Part shown: in pieces, positions 19,601 through 29,080 of the stretch | How positions within the stretch are numbered: position 1 is the first letter of the stretch | How the letters are laid out: every line of letters starts with the position of its first letter | Source: Bacteroidota bacterium | Lineage (GTDB): Bacteria > Bacteroidota > Rhodothermia > Rhodothermales > JABDKH01 | Assembly: GCA_020437385.1 (NCBI GenBank) | Contig: JAGQWL010000049.1 | Coordinates: forward strand, 20,827 to 84,826 | Length of the DNA: 64,000 nucleotides | Direction: 5' to 3' | The notes under the pieces: model-generated | What the model was told of the DNA's origin: nothing | Seen by the model: only the letters and a program-made list of their open reading frames with translations | Database searches by the model: none | Made by a program: the position numbers and the translations under genes

Positions 19601-21685
19601 CGTGATCGTCTGCGCATTCTGCTTCTTCTGCCGGTACAACTCGAGGAAGGCATAGTCTGACGGATCCGTCGAGTTGGCCGTAGCGATCTCCGAGATCCTG
19701 CTGCCGAAAGGCTCGAGGTAGGGGAAGATCAGAAGCCCCTTCGATGGGACGATCGTGATTCCATTTACGTAGTCGAAGATTTCGTCGGATCCGGGGGCGC
19801 CGTCTTGCGTGAGTCGGTCGAGGCCGAGGAGATCGAGCAGTGTTCGGTTGCCGCTCAGTGCGGGGATCTTCGTCTGGGCAGCCTGTCCGGGTCGTGCGTA
19901 TTCGATGTTCAACTCGAATCCCGTCGAGTTGAGCTGGCTCGCACCGAGACGGTAGATATTGCGCATCTCGAGGTACCACGCCGCGGGGTTGCTGGTGGGA
20001 CCGGGCTGTTCCGGGCTGCGCGGGCGAAGCAGCTTCAGAACGAGGCGCGTATTTTCGTCGGCACCGCCGGTGTCGGTCGAGAAGTCGCCAACCTGCCGAG
20101 GGGCACCATTCACAAAGTAACGATAGGCAACAGCAATCGCCTGGTCCTCATTCAGTCGAGCATTCAACGTGATGTAGCCGAGCTGCTCGTCGACAGTGTA
20201 GTCGATATTCTTCTCGAGCCTCTTGAACGGGCCGGTCTGGAAGTCGGATCGCTCGCTGAGTCCCTTTCCCGAACTTCCGAGGAAGTTGTCGGCACTTTGG
20301 TTTCGATCTCGAAGGATGGCGAGGTCTTCCTCTGTGTACTGATCAAGGGCAGGACCCGGCAGGTCCGCGGGGCCGGCGCTCGTAAAGGTGTTTGCGAGAT
20401 CGAGTATGTCGGATGATTCGCCAACATCCACCATCGCCACAACTTCACGCACATCTTCCTCTTCAACCCTGTATCCGGAGTCGAATCGCCAGAGCTCGAT
20501 GTTATCGATGCGCTCGAAGCCGTTGGCAAGAATGATTCGCCCGGGATCAGAAAGTGCATCCTCCCAGCGATTGCGGAAGTAGTAGCCGAGGAAATAGTGC
20601 CGGCCATCGTCGTATTCGATCGGTCGTATCTCGAACGGCGTCGCTTCCGTACCGCCGGAGATCTGCTTGTTGCTCGCCTGACCTTCCTGCTGACTCATCA
20701 CCGTGGTCAGGTGCACGCCACCGATCTGGAACTCACTCTTGATTCCGAACAGGCTTTGCCCACCCCGGATCAGCTTCGAAGGCGTGTTCAGCAGAACGTT
20801 TCCGGCCTCGATGCTCTGAATGATCTCGTCTTCGTATCCGGTATACTTGAGTTCGAGCTTGTTCTCGAAATCGAATTTGTTCTGCGTGTCGTAGTTGACG
20901 TTGATCTGCATCTTGTCGCCGATGCTTCCGTTGATCCCGAGCTGAAGGTCCTGTTTGAACTCGGGGTCGATTCGGGCCTTCTGGCCGAAGATGCTCTGCT
21001 GCTCACTTTGCTGGTAATTGAAGCCCGCTCGGATGTCGGCATTTCCGTTCACGCGCAGCGATACGTCGGGCTTGCCAAAGATCGTTGTGAAGGCGCTCTG
21101 TCGTCCGCCCGGGACGACGATGTTGAAGCCGAGTCCGCCGCGGCGGCTCTGGCGTCGTCGTTGTTCGCTTTGTGCGACGAGTTCGGCCCAGTTTTCGTCA
21201 AGGTTGCGCCGCAGCACCATCGAGCGATAGGAGTGCCGGTCCAGGGAGATCGGATCTCTGACGTCGAGGTCGCCGATTCGCTCGCGCGCGACGTACCCAC
21301 CGCTCGATGAATCGAATTCGACCTCCGTTTTCCACCGCTGCGGAAGCTTGCCCACCAGGGGAGCGATCGACCGATCGGCGACGGCTGCCGTTCGATTCGG
21401 CCGTCGGAAGAGGGGGATGTAGCGCGACGCGCGATTGGTGTCCGCTGCGGCAGAATCCACGACGACAGTGTCTGTGACGGCAACCCGAATCCCGTTAACA
21501 ACAACGGAGTCAGTGTCGGCGGGCGCGACCAGCCCGCGGCGGGTCACATTGCGCTGCTGCGAAGGGGACGCGCCTACCAGGACGATCGCAGCCGCAACGG
21601 ACAACGCGATCGTTGACAACGATGCGAGCCGGCGGCCTGCCGATGGGCCGTATTGGTCTTTGGGGTGCGAGTGGCGCACGAGCAA
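13667..21685 (-). CDS. sprA: Type IX secretion system translocon SprA
   Basis: 2672-aa ORF with an N-terminal signal/TM. Its giant beta-rich sequence and length class match SprA of Bacteroidota and it ends in a beta-barrel-like C-terminus. Many long antisense ORFs in the track are GC artefacts. Confidence 0.9.
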   Translation of the reverse strand: MLVRHSHPKDQYGPSAGRRLASLSTIALSVAAAIVLVGASPSQQRNVTRRGLVAPADTDSVVVNGIRVAVTDTVVVDSAAADTNRASRYIPLFRRPNRTAAVADRSIAPLVGKLPQRWKTEVEFDSSSGGYVARERIGDLDVRDPISLDRHSYRSMVLRRNLDENWAELVAQSEQRRRQSRRGGLGFNIVVPGGRQSAFTTIFGKPDVSLRVNGNADIRAGFNYQQSEQQSIFGQKARIDPEFKQDLQLGINGSIGDKMQINVNYDTQNKFDFENKLELKYTGYEDEIIQSIEAGNVLLNTPSKLIRGGQSLFGIKSEFQIGGVHLTTVMSQQEGQASNKQISGGTEATPFEIRPIEYDDGRHYFLGYYFRNRWEDALSDPGRIILANGFERIDNIELWRFDSGYRVEEEDVREVVAMVDVGESSDILDLANTFTSAGPADLPGPALDQYTEEDLAILRDRNQSADNFLGSSGKGLSERSDFQTGPFKRLEKNIDYTVDEQLGYITLNARLNEDQAIAVAYRYFVNGAPRQVGDFSTDTGGADENTRLVLKLLRPRSPEQPGPTSNPAAWYLEMRNIYRLGASQLNSTGFELNIEYARPGQAAQTKIPALSGNRTLLDLLGLDRLTQDGAPGSDEIFDYVNGITIVPSKGLLIFPYLEPFGSRISEIATANSTDPSDYAFLELYRQKKQNAQTITKYNLYRITGEYKGSVASTYDLNSFAGIVPGSIRVTSAGAELTENVDYIVDYTGGSVTITNDAYLIEGRNIDISFEENSFAQIQKKSLLGLRADYDLDERLSLGATGMRLSEKSPTDKFRIGEEPISNFIWGVDGSFDSDVDWLTRAIDKVPLLQTRQASRITLSGEFAQLRPGHTQTQAFSRSRRDLRKDGRDFNRDELNGISYLDDFEGFETTLPLTQPGSWRISSAPDSIGIVDNADPAADSLRTNWRASGAWYRINNNTLSEIDALAYNVDAVRTIEINEVYPDRELNGQTDRTLSTFDFYINPHERGPYNYTTDLNSFINSPRDTWAGMIQRIPDGYTDFSTKNIEFVEFIFQPFAENPANMADADAKLYLDLGFISEDVLPDERLNDEDGLSTTTIDESAINAWGRRPTTIPDKVVKLDETNQRTEDLGIDGLASYGGNYPEIGTETFHFRHFLDAIDPANNNPYYRAERARSILDPSADDFHYFGDDNYFKNEDIYPGGATVQQRFSRFFSGLELNGFESQRELADRVDVADRRGNSRYPDSEDLNGNSAPDLLDSYYQYAIPLNKDELDRLAVPSEVDDYIVTEITSQSGERTGWYQVRIPVRDFTRKVGEIQDFTRIQTIRMWMTGLSDPLTVRFASLELVGSQWRKGASIPLYDEDPNRTVVGNEPTISISSVNNEENSSVYLPPRGTVIAETRLANGQRQASREQAMVLRVENVDPGQQLAIYKPFTQGIDLLKYSNLRMFVHAHGLLGDGTAMETLPTDLARSKARLFVRLGANETGDYYEYEQPLTPSSEVSGNSDDLWQTAQLFNGETIDLNSVNIEMSAFNQLKVERDQRNAPTDSVFWNVLDGQVRGPDATDFAPPGTRLGIKGTPSLGRINSIVIGIRNPSTDTLGVDPANVLEDVTVWINEMRVSGYDESNGWSAVAAANVKLADLGTVDARFSTQTDGFGGLSSTLDDREQNNLQSWSVTSTLNVDQPIPERFGWSIPVTLQTSSNTSEPRFSPSTGDIRIDDIIQQIETRDDLTPEERKARQSYVREASSTKRLSKSVSVRVGKSGSKSKLLRNTVDGLAASYSYSVSEASNPSQTMQDDWKWSGSLGYRFNSRKPRTIKIFGPLEGIPVIGVLGKLRFNYLPSSISLNASANRSYGVSQDRTPSITFEQNDSILNFLDNPLRQRHTFSLSRTTAWQYNPFQFLNLGLDTNTGQSMNALGVRTVWYQYGLDDETRTEVPESAVLPDSVAAANGLAFQDEIVVRPAARVLGDAINGSDLFRTNQHTQRFNATLRTSFNKSKALNWIDLQDVAYTAQFNWQNGAEGRNDGASLGNQYDIRTGLSLKIQELFRKFEFYKNLEQAEKDAERERENERRERDAARKKAKEDRAKRREAEKLEMEAARQRADSLGIKLKDLLKMEADSLAAQEAAARAQAVLDSVAAANAAPDSLVSPDSAAVIDSPALADSTLADSVKSPRLAEGIARRARPKGAAEPADEATTEAETESRGGFRIPLPDPVSILRRTVLAITGIRDLNVTYSGSHSSRSSNVGTQLNDGTVETPYSLFDRILNGRGPSLGYRFGFNRTVDSNDRVFSEGLQVSDALTDAHRFQGRTSLNPSRSLTINLSWQADYSETQTATLRNESGTTLRTETLSGTNKSSVWVFKPNYVDLVQRQLDTYNSDLSRSNDPTTVGDADGDGRVVLTNRSVAQDFRQVFGNSSITVDGRNLMPLPLPNWTINYTGLGKWPLLRRLVQSATIRHNYSSDYGSDFRTNSLALTENADSSSFSLGSQTIVFNLPDIETGAIRVNRRYTPLIGFDFTFKNRLQANIGFNRSNSYSLSTSNFDINESSTSELTASITYQKTGLKLPFFKGKKLNNRVSFSLSFARSTTDDKRYLLRKALVEAVSDPAFKASDALTGDLVSEITSNIRTTISPQISYTFSNRVSANFVLSVVDFQGDTRQPSSRNINGTFNFRVNISDR

Positions 21686-22035
21686 TCAGCGTCTGTCTTG
21701 ACGACACGCGGGCCTGGTCAGCCGGCGTGGTCATTCTTAGGCAGTGAGGTGGTAACGAAATGCTCGATATGCGCGTTGCTTTGCTGCTGGGTGCCAGAAA
21801 CGGAGTGGTCCGTGCGGTGGCTGTCCTGAAAAGTATCGGTCAGGACCAGGTCAAATGTACCCCGAATCGGCCGCATTTTTCAAGCCTGTTCACGCCGTAT
21901 CGGGGGCAGGAACGCGTGCCCCTGAACCAGAGCGACGCAATAACAGAATGCCGGCGTGCAGGCATCGTCATACAGGTCAAAATGATGTTTGTTCTGACAA
22001 TTCTGCCGAAATTGATCCCATAATGCTGACCCCAA

Positions 22036-22551
22036 ATGCGAGTGTGTATGTCAACCTCCAGCCGCCTCCTGATCCCGTTTCCACCTGTCGTTCTCGCGCT
22101 GGTCTTCGCGGCAGGCATGATCGCCTGCCGATACGAACCAGACGCCATAGCGGAAGGTATCGCCACCGTCCAGGACGAACAATCGATTCGACAGGTCCTC
22201 GATCAACAGGTTGCCGATTGGAACGCGGGCAACATCGAAGGTTTCATGGACGGATATTGGAGAAGCGACTCGCTTCGCTTCGTCTCCAATGGAACGGTAT
22301 CGTACGGTTGGGCCGAAACGTTGGCGAATTATCACCGCCGCTACCCGTCCCGGGATTCCATGGGCGTGCTCACGTTTACGGACCTCAGTATCGCTTCACT
22401 CGGATCGAACTGGGCATCCGTTTTCGGCAGGTTCAACCTCGAGCGCTCGGTGGCGGGAGGGGGAGACGCGACCGGTCTCTTTACGCTCCTGTTGCACAAG
22501 GAATCGAGTGGATGGAAGATCCGGATGGACCACACCAGTACCGAGCACTAA
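22036..22551 (+). CDS. SnoaL-like / DUF4440 family lipoprotein
   Basis: 171-aa ORF with a signal plus lipobox-like MIAC. The domain pattern VADWNAGNIEGFMDGYW...GWKIRMDHTS is typical of NTF2-like DUF4440 proteins. Confidence 0.65.
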   Translation: MRVCMSTSSRLLIPFPPVVLALVFAAGMIACRYEPDAIAEGIATVQDEQSIRQVLDQQVADWNAGNIEGFMDGYWRSDSLRFVSNGTVSYGWAETLANYHRRYPSRDSMGVLTFTDLSIASLGSNWASVFGRFNLERSVAGGGDATGLFTLLLHKESSGWKIRMDHTSTEH

Positions 22552-22569
22552 ACGGGCGCCGCCCTCAGT

Positions 22570-25419
22570 CTATCTGCGACTTTCGTCGTCGATCGCGATC
22601 CCCAGTCGGTCCTCGAGGCGCCGAAGCCCGGGATTCCGTGATCGTTCTTCCAGATAGGCGTCACGAAGTACGCGCTCAAGCTCCCTCGTCTCCGGTTCTC
22701 TTCGCAGTTGCTCCAGTTTGCGATCGATCTCGCGTCGAATTTTCTCGTACTCGCGCAACTTCTCTTCAAGGATCGCAAACGTGTCGTCGTCAAACGGGTC
22801 GTCGTCGTCCCACTCCCATCGCCATTCGGGTTCGTCTCTGCCCGACGCACGGACCTCGGGGCGGCCTCGTACGTGGTCGGGCGCGCTTCCAGGCTCGGTT
22901 GCGGAGTCCCGACGACGACTGCGGCGTTCACTGCCACGATTGTCGTCACTTGCGGCGGTGCGTTCCACCAGGTCATCAGAACCATTCAGTAGATCGTGGA
23001 GCGGATCCGGAGATCGATGCGCTCTATCGTACTCCGGCTCCCATCCGCCTGCAGCCCCGGCGGACAGTGATGCAAGTGCACGAACGGCCGAGTCATACGC
23101 GGATGCAACCCAGTCGTTGAAGTTAAACTCCTCAGACCCGCCGCGCGTTCGCGGGGCTTCGCCTTTCCGGTCCCGTTCCTCGATGCGACGACGCTCATAC
23201 TGCGACGCTTCGAACCGACGCTGTCGCGAGATCGTTCCGCTGCGTGTGCCGGCGCGGAAGAAGTCGCCCACGAGGAAGAGCGCGTTGTGCGCGCCCTCTC
23301 CCCAGAAGTCTGACCTGAATGTTACTCGTGGATCATCGAATCCAACCCAGGCTCCCGCAACAACATCGGGGTGCATCAGAAAGAACCAGCCATCCATGTT
23401 GTTCTGCGTCGTTCCCGTCTTTCCCGCAACGTCCGCGTCGATACCAAACTGGTAGCGGATGCGTCGTGCCGTTCCCTCGTCGACGACATCGCGCAGCATG
23501 TCGGTCAATAGTCTGGCACTCTCCTCACTCAACGCTCGGTCCGATGAACCAGTGAACTCGGCAACGACATTGCCGTCTGCGTCGGTGATCGACGACACCA
23601 GCACAGGTTCATACCGGATGCCGTCCGACGCAATCGTCGTATACATTGTTGCCATCTCGATCAGGCTCGTCGGACTCGTTCCAAGGGCCAACGAAGGCAC
23701 CTCCACAAGTGGACTGTCGTCGATGCCCATCTTGTTCGCCAGTCGTGCCGTCCGCTTGATTCCGACGTCGGCGATCAGCGCGGCAGCGATGTTATTTCGC
23801 GAGTTTGCAAGCGCATCACGCAGACTCGTATATCCGGCTTCGTCATCGGACGAGCTTGCAAGTCGCCAGATGTCGCTTCGTCCCACGCGAATGTTTACGT
23901 CTTCGTCGCGGACCAGGTCATCAGGCTTGTAACCGCGCTCGAGAGCCGCAGCATAGACGACCGGCTTGAACGTGGATCCCGGCTGCCGTTTCGCCGAAGC
24001 GACATGATCAAACGGTGTCTTGAAGTAGTCGCGGCTTCCAACCCACGCAAGCACGTGACCCGTACCGGGTTGCACGACGATGAAGCCACTCTCCAGACGC
24101 GTCTTTACGGTCCTGATCGAATCGATGATGCCGGGGTTTTTTCTGATGCGCGCAATCGCATCGGAGTCAGTCAGTCCGCCTGCGACGAGCCTCGCATAGT
24201 TCGGGGACTCGCGAATAAAGGAGGTTTCCAGATCGCGCTTCTCGGACCAGAAGTTGGCAAATGGCCTCACGCGGCGCGCGCGCGCGGCGTAGTCACGAAT
24301 GTCCCGCGAGTAAGGTTCACCGTTGCGCTGTGACCACTCGACATCGGCAACGTTTTGGAGTGCATTTGACTGCCGCCGAACGGCCTGCTCGGCCAGTCGT
24401 TGCAACCGGCTGTCTAGCGTTGTGTGGATCGTCAGCCCCTCGGATTCCAGGTCACGGCCGTTCTGGTCCGCCCACGAACGGGCAATCATCTCGACGCGAT
24501 TGGTAAAATGATTTGCGGTTCGGGCAGGTCGACGCATCCGATGCAGTTTCGCTTCCACCGGCGTGTCGCGGATCGATTCGTACGTGGCCTCGTCGAGCCT
24601 GTTGTTTCTGACCATCTGCATCAGAACCACATTTCTTCGCTGTTGTGCCCGTTGTGGATGGCGGATCGGATTGTAGTAGCTCGTACCCTTCAGCATTCCG
24701 ACAAGCGTTGCGCTTTCCGCAAGGTCAAGTTCCGATGCATCCTTGCCGAAGTACGTGTGCGCGGCCATTTCGATGCCGCGTGCATTGTAAAGGAAGGGAA
24801 CCGTATTCAGGTACGTCTCGAGAATCTGCTCCTTTGTATACAGACGCTCGATCTTCTTCGCGGTGACGATTTCCTTGAGCTTGCGGTTGAAGCTGCGAGC
24901 GCTCCCGATGCGATCGGGATATAAATTCCTCGCGAGCTGCATCGTCAGTGTGGATCCGCCCTGGGGATCTCCCGTCAGCGTGTGTACGGTCGACGACAAG
25001 AGTCGCCGCCCGTCGACGCCGCCGTGCTTGTAGAAACGATGGTCTTCGGTGGCGATGAGCGCGTCGACAACGAAGGGTGAAATATCGCCGAGCGATCGCC
25101 ACTCACGATGCATCGATTGCAGCGTCGCGAGTAGCTTGCCGTCTGCCGTCACAATAGTACTCGGCACCTGGCGGCGGGCACGCTCGAGGCTCGTCGACCC
25201 CGGTGTAAGCGGGATCAGGAGGAGAAGGTAGATCCAGAGTAGGGCGAAACCACAGAATCCGGCACCGGCACCGCCTGCAGCGACGTAGCCGAGGCGCGAG
25301 AGGCGCGAACGGCCGGAGTCCCGTAGGATCGCCCAGTAACGAACGATTCCCGCTCTCAGCCTGGCGAACAGCGTACGCGGTCGCTTCTCGTTTCTTGGAC
25401 TGGATTCGGAGGTTTCCAT
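22570..25419 (-). CDS. mrcA: Bifunctional penicillin-binding protein 1A (glycosyltransferase + transpeptidase) with long charged C-terminal tail
   Basis: 949-aa ORF with an N-terminal TM. GT51 motifs are EDHRFYKHGGVD and RKLKE. Transpeptidase motifs are STFK, SRN and KTGT. The last ~250 aa are R/E/D-rich low complexity. Confidence 0.9.
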   Translation of the reverse strand: METSESSPRNEKRPRTLFARLRAGIVRYWAILRDSGRSRLSRLGYVAAGGAGAGFCGFALLWIYLLLLIPLTPGSTSLERARRQVPSTIVTADGKLLATLQSMHREWRSLGDISPFVVDALIATEDHRFYKHGGVDGRRLLSSTVHTLTGDPQGGSTLTMQLARNLYPDRIGSARSFNRKLKEIVTAKKIERLYTKEQILETYLNTVPFLYNARGIEMAAHTYFGKDASELDLAESATLVGMLKGTSYYNPIRHPQRAQQRRNVVLMQMVRNNRLDEATYESIRDTPVEAKLHRMRRPARTANHFTNRVEMIARSWADQNGRDLESEGLTIHTTLDSRLQRLAEQAVRRQSNALQNVADVEWSQRNGEPYSRDIRDYAARARRVRPFANFWSEKRDLETSFIRESPNYARLVAGGLTDSDAIARIRKNPGIIDSIRTVKTRLESGFIVVQPGTGHVLAWVGSRDYFKTPFDHVASAKRQPGSTFKPVVYAAALERGYKPDDLVRDEDVNIRVGRSDIWRLASSSDDEAGYTSLRDALANSRNNIAAALIADVGIKRTARLANKMGIDDSPLVEVPSLALGTSPTSLIEMATMYTTIASDGIRYEPVLVSSITDADGNVVAEFTGSSDRALSEESARLLTDMLRDVVDEGTARRIRYQFGIDADVAGKTGTTQNNMDGWFFLMHPDVVAGAWVGFDDPRVTFRSDFWGEGAHNALFLVGDFFRAGTRSGTISRQRRFEASQYERRRIEERDRKGEAPRTRGGSEEFNFNDWVASAYDSAVRALASLSAGAAGGWEPEYDRAHRSPDPLHDLLNGSDDLVERTAASDDNRGSERRSRRRDSATEPGSAPDHVRGRPEVRASGRDEPEWRWEWDDDDPFDDDTFAILEEKLREYEKIRREIDRKLEQLRREPETRELERVLRDAYLEERSRNPGLRRLEDRLGIAIDDESRR

Positions 25420-25523
25420 GGGGCTCAGTCGTGGTAACTGAATCCGTTACGGATGAACCGCCGTCGATGTTACTGCCTTTTCGAATCCGGTTTGACTGAG
25501 GGACGAACGGCCCCCCTGCGACA

Positions 25524-26708
25524 CTAGGCGAAACGCTCGTTGATGTCGGCAACCATGAGCCAGCCGTCGTGCCACGACGTGTCGATGGACATGTCGCGGT
25601 GGATGAGATCGTCGACGAACGCCTGCTTGTCAAGGACGAGCTCAGGTGGCGCGGCACCCGCACCGTCGATTTGTCCGTTGGCAAGCTGCATGGCGACGGT
25701 GGCAGTCGGAATACTGGTACTCCGGCGAATGGCACTGAGGCCTTCGCTGTCGTTGAACGTGTCGACCATCTCGTAAACAAGCGTTTTGCGTTCGCCGTTG
25801 ATCGTTCCGTTGATCAGAATCCTCAATAGTACCACGTCCGGTTGCTCGTCACCAAGAAGCCGCCTCAGCCTGCGGATGAGGACGTCGCGATAGGTGAGGT
25901 GCGTCTTCAGGTCGATCGAACGTTTTTCGCCGAAGCCAAGCCCAAGCACGAATCGCCACTGATCAGCGTGGCCAGGCCACCTGATTGTTTTGAGGTCGAG
26001 ATTGTGAACCCGCCCAGCAAGGTGCTGCGACAGGGTGCGCATGTTCACAGCCGTGTAGAACGATTCGAGCAGACCGTATGGTTCTCGGAAAAAGATTGGT
26101 TCGATTCCTGTCAACGGCTCGACAGTCGTCGGTTCGCCGTCAAGAATCATGGTCGCCGGGTTGGAATAATCTTCTATTATTTTTTCGGCGGATGTCGAGA
26201 CGCGAAAATTAAATGGCGGCGTCGGCGTAAGGGGAACGTCGCCTACGCGGATGTGCGCGCTTTCCACGGTGTCAAACTGTTCGACCCCGAGGAGGCACAG
26301 AATATTGACGAGTCCGGGCGCCAACCCGCAGTCCGGGATCAGCCAGACGCCGCGCTCTTGTGCATCCGCGTCCAGTCGCAGAATCTTCTCCGAGACGACG
26401 TCCGATCCGCCCTGATCACAAAAGGGTTTTCCCACGGACAGAGCCAGCAGGGCAAGCTTCAGATTGATCTCGGGGCTCGCGCATCCGACGATGCAGTCGC
26501 AATCCTCGACGATTGGCGACAGGACTGTGGTGTCGCGACCGTCGACCTGGTACGGATGGAGCTTCGGACTGTCGATGAGGTCGCGAAGCAGCTGAAGGGA
26601 ATGTGCCCGCGAATCACATACACGTATTTCTGCCGTTTCATCCTGCTTCACGAGATCGTACGCGACGGCAGAGCCAATCGCTCCGCCTCCGATTACCGCA
26701 ATCTTCAT
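25524..26708 (-). CDS. Saccharopine dehydrogenase family NAD(P)-binding protein
   Basis: 394-aa ORF with an N-terminal Rossmann motif MKIAVIGGGAIGS. Length and layout fit the saccharopine dehydrogenase / carboxynorspermidine dehydrogenase superfamily. The specific substrate cannot be determined by eye. Confidence 0.75.
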   Translation of the reverse strand: MKIAVIGGGAIGSAVAYDLVKQDETAEIRVCDSRAHSLQLLRDLIDSPKLHPYQVDGRDTTVLSPIVEDCDCIVGCASPEINLKLALLALSVGKPFCDQGGSDVVSEKILRLDADAQERGVWLIPDCGLAPGLVNILCLLGVEQFDTVESAHIRVGDVPLTPTPPFNFRVSTSAEKIIEDYSNPATMILDGEPTTVEPLTGIEPIFFREPYGLLESFYTAVNMRTLSQHLAGRVHNLDLKTIRWPGHADQWRFVLGLGFGEKRSIDLKTHLTYRDVLIRRLRRLLGDEQPDVVLLRILINGTINGERKTLVYEMVDTFNDSEGLSAIRRSTSIPTATVAMQLANGQIDGAGAAPPELVLDKQAFVDDLIHRDMSIDTSWHDGWLMVADINERFA

Positions 26709-26746
26709 TTCAGTTCAGATAGATGATTCTTGTCTGGTCGCGACGG

Positions 26747-28414
26747 TTAGAACGCCGTTCGCGCCTGGTCGCTCCTCGAAACGAGTCGCGTCACGACCGT
26801 TGACCCCGCGACGATGAGCATCAGAAAAACACTGTAAGCGGCCGCCGCACCAAAGTCATAAATGCGGAGCTGCGACCAGATCTCGACGCTGATCGGTTTG
26901 TTGTCTACGATGTAAAGGAGTATCGAGGAGACGAACTCTCCGAGTCCAGCGACGAACGTCAGCAGCGCTCCAGCAACGAGACCCGGCGTGATGGCGGGCA
27001 ACACCACCCGTCGGAGCGTAGTCAGCGCTCCGGCGCCAAGGTCTTGTGATGCCTCCGTCAGTCGGTCGTCGTATGACTCAAGCGAGGCCAACGCGGCGCG
27101 AACGGCTATTGGTACGTTCCGCACAAAATACGCCAGAGGCAGGATCCAAAACGTTCCAACAAGTATCTGACCGGCGCTGAGGAAAGACGGGCGAGCAAAA
27201 GTTAGAATGAAATTTATCGCAACGACGGTTCCCGGTATCGCAAACGGAAGCACAGCAAGTCCGCGAATCAGCCAACGCATCGGCACGCGCGTCTTCTCGA
27301 TAAGCAGTCCGGCAAATAGCCCGAACACCGTGCACGCTGCGGTTGCGGCTACAGCCATGATCAGGCTGTTTCGGATCGGTTCAAAGAACGAAGCGTCTCC
27401 AACGAGCTTTGCGTAGTTGGCGGCGGTGTAAGCGGCAGGCAGAATCTGGACAGTCCAGGACCCTTCGCGGGCAAACGATATCAGGACGACCGTGAGGATG
27501 GGCAGCAGCAGGAACGCAAGAAACAGGACGGAAACGGAGAAGAAGGCATATCGCCTTATTCCCGTGGTTACGCTCGGGGGCAGCGGTTGAATTCCCTTGG
27601 AGCTCGTTCCCGTAAGTCGCCTTCGATTGTTGAATTCAAGAATGATCAGGAAGACGAGGCAGATCAGCGTCAGCAACGTAGATGCGGATGCGGAGAGCCC
27701 GAGATTCCCGTTGGTCTTGTAGTTGTAGATCTGCAGGGTGAGGAACTGTTCTGTCCCGGCGAAGAGGAGCGGTGCCGTAAACGACGCCATCGATATCATG
27801 AACACGAGTAGCGAGGCGCTGGCAAGTGCTGGACGAAGCTGGGGGAACACGACCTGCCAGAAGGTTCTCGTCGGGGACGCCCCCAGATCAGCCGATGCCT
27901 CCATGACTCCCCGGTCGATCGACTGCAGTGCCGCCATGACGAACAGGTAGAAGTACACGTACAGCGAGTAGACGTGAACCAGCAGAATGGCGGGCAATCC
28001 GCGAAAAGAGAACGGGACGGAGTCGAGCTCGAATGCGGCCTGAAGGACGCGTGGGACGATCCCTGTTTCTCCGTACAGAAAGAGGAACGCCAGGACGCCG
28101 ACGAGCGGCGGGAGGGCAAGGGGGACGGCGGCCACGGCCATCAACGTGCGTCTCAGTGGGAATTTGTAGCGGAAGAATGTGTACGCGAGCGTCGTTCCCA
28201 GAATACCTGACCCAACAACGGATCCGATCGAGACGAGCACGGAGTTCGTCAGCGCCCGAACGTTGGCTGAGTTCCACGAGGTAAAAAGCTGCGTCGCGTT
28301 GGATGGACGCAAGCCCTCCAGGAACACGCGGATACTGGGATACAGGATGTAACCCAGCTCGATTGCCAGTATCAGCCCAAGGAGCGTCCAGGCTGCGCGT
28401 CGCGATACCAGCAT
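26747..28414 (-). CDS. ABC transporter permease, fused two-domain type (FbpB/ThiP/PotBC-like)
   Basis: 555-aa ORF with about 12 TM helices and two EAA loops (MEASADLGASPTRTFWQVVFP and TEASQDLGAGALTTLRRVVLP). No ATPase or binding protein is adjacent. Confidence 0.85.
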   Translation of the reverse strand: MLVSRRAAWTLLGLILAIELGYILYPSIRVFLEGLRPSNATQLFTSWNSANVRALTNSVLVSIGSVVGSGILGTTLAYTFFRYKFPLRRTLMAVAAVPLALPPLVGVLAFLFLYGETGIVPRVLQAAFELDSVPFSFRGLPAILLVHVYSLYVYFYLFVMAALQSIDRGVMEASADLGASPTRTFWQVVFPQLRPALASASLLVFMISMASFTAPLLFAGTEQFLTLQIYNYKTNGNLGLSASASTLLTLICLVFLIILEFNNRRRLTGTSSKGIQPLPPSVTTGIRRYAFFSVSVLFLAFLLLPILTVVLISFAREGSWTVQILPAAYTAANYAKLVGDASFFEPIRNSLIMAVAATAACTVFGLFAGLLIEKTRVPMRWLIRGLAVLPFAIPGTVVAINFILTFARPSFLSAGQILVGTFWILPLAYFVRNVPIAVRAALASLESYDDRLTEASQDLGAGALTTLRRVVLPAITPGLVAGALLTFVAGLGEFVSSILLYIVDNKPISVEIWSQLRIYDFGAAAAYSVFLMLIVAGSTVVTRLVSRSDQARTAF

Positions 28415-28423
28415 CAGGCGGAC

Positions 28424-29077
28424 CTAGAGTGAGAGTCTGCCTTCAAAAGCGCGGGAGAGTGTCGCTTCGTCGGCATATTCAAGGTCTCCGCCAATCGGCA
28501 GACCACGTGCAATTCTGGTCACGCGAATATTGAAGGGTGCCAGGAGCTGAGACAGGTAGTAGGAGGTCGTATCACCTTCGACATTCGGATTCATTGCGAG
28601 GATGATTTCAGTGACCGCCGTCTGTTGCGACTGCGAAGGTTCGGCTACGCGATCCGCAGGCGTATCCGATTGGCCGACAAGACGCGAGACGAGCTCCCTG
28701 ACCTTGAGTTCGTCGGGACCGATGCCATCCAGTGGAGAGATTGCACCTCCCAGGACGTGATACAGTCCGTTGTACTCGTTCGTGCGCTCGATCGCCAACA
28801 CGTCATTGGACTCCTCGACCACACAGATCATCGACCGGTCCCGCCTGGTTGACGAGCAGATCGGACATGGATCGGCGTCCGTGATATTAAAGCAGATCGA
28901 GCATTCGCGAACCTTGTCTTTCGCATCCAACAGTGCCTTCGCAAGCAGCGCAACCTCTTCGCGCGGCATCTTCAGGACGTACGACGCGAGACGTTGGGCA
29001 GTCTTGCGCCCGATCGTCGGGAGCTTTGCAAATTGCTCGACAAGTGCTTCAACCGAGCGTGACGTATGGCGCATCAT
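28424..29077 (-). CDS. recR: Recombination protein RecR
   Basis: 217-aa ORF with an HhH N-terminus ([13 protein letters not shown]), a C4 zinc finger [16 protein letters not shown] and a Toprim domain. It follows ybaB, as in the conserved dnaX-ybaB-recR string. Confidence 0.9.
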   Translation of the reverse strand: MMRHTSRSVEALVEQFAKLPTIGRKTAQRLASYVLKMPREEVALLAKALLDAKDKVRECSICFNITDADPCPICSSTRRDRSMICVVEESNDVLAIERTNEYNGLYHVLGGAISPLDGIGPDELKVRELVSRLVGQSDTPADRVAEPSQSQQTAVTEIILAMNPNVEGDTTSYYLSQLLAPFNIRVTRIARGLPIGGDLEYADEATLSRAFEGRLSL

Positions 29078-29080
29078 GGA

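Noticed and set aside
13667-21685. Numerous 60-290-aa ORFs antisense to or out of frame with sprA, and likewise within ctaD, ctaE, PBP1A, dnaX, the purQ region (41062..41940 -) and 53699..54601 -
   Set aside because: They overlap strongly supported genes. Their sequences are Arg/Ser/Pro/Ala-rich and low-complexity, typical of off-frame translation of GC-rich coding DNA. They have no motifs.
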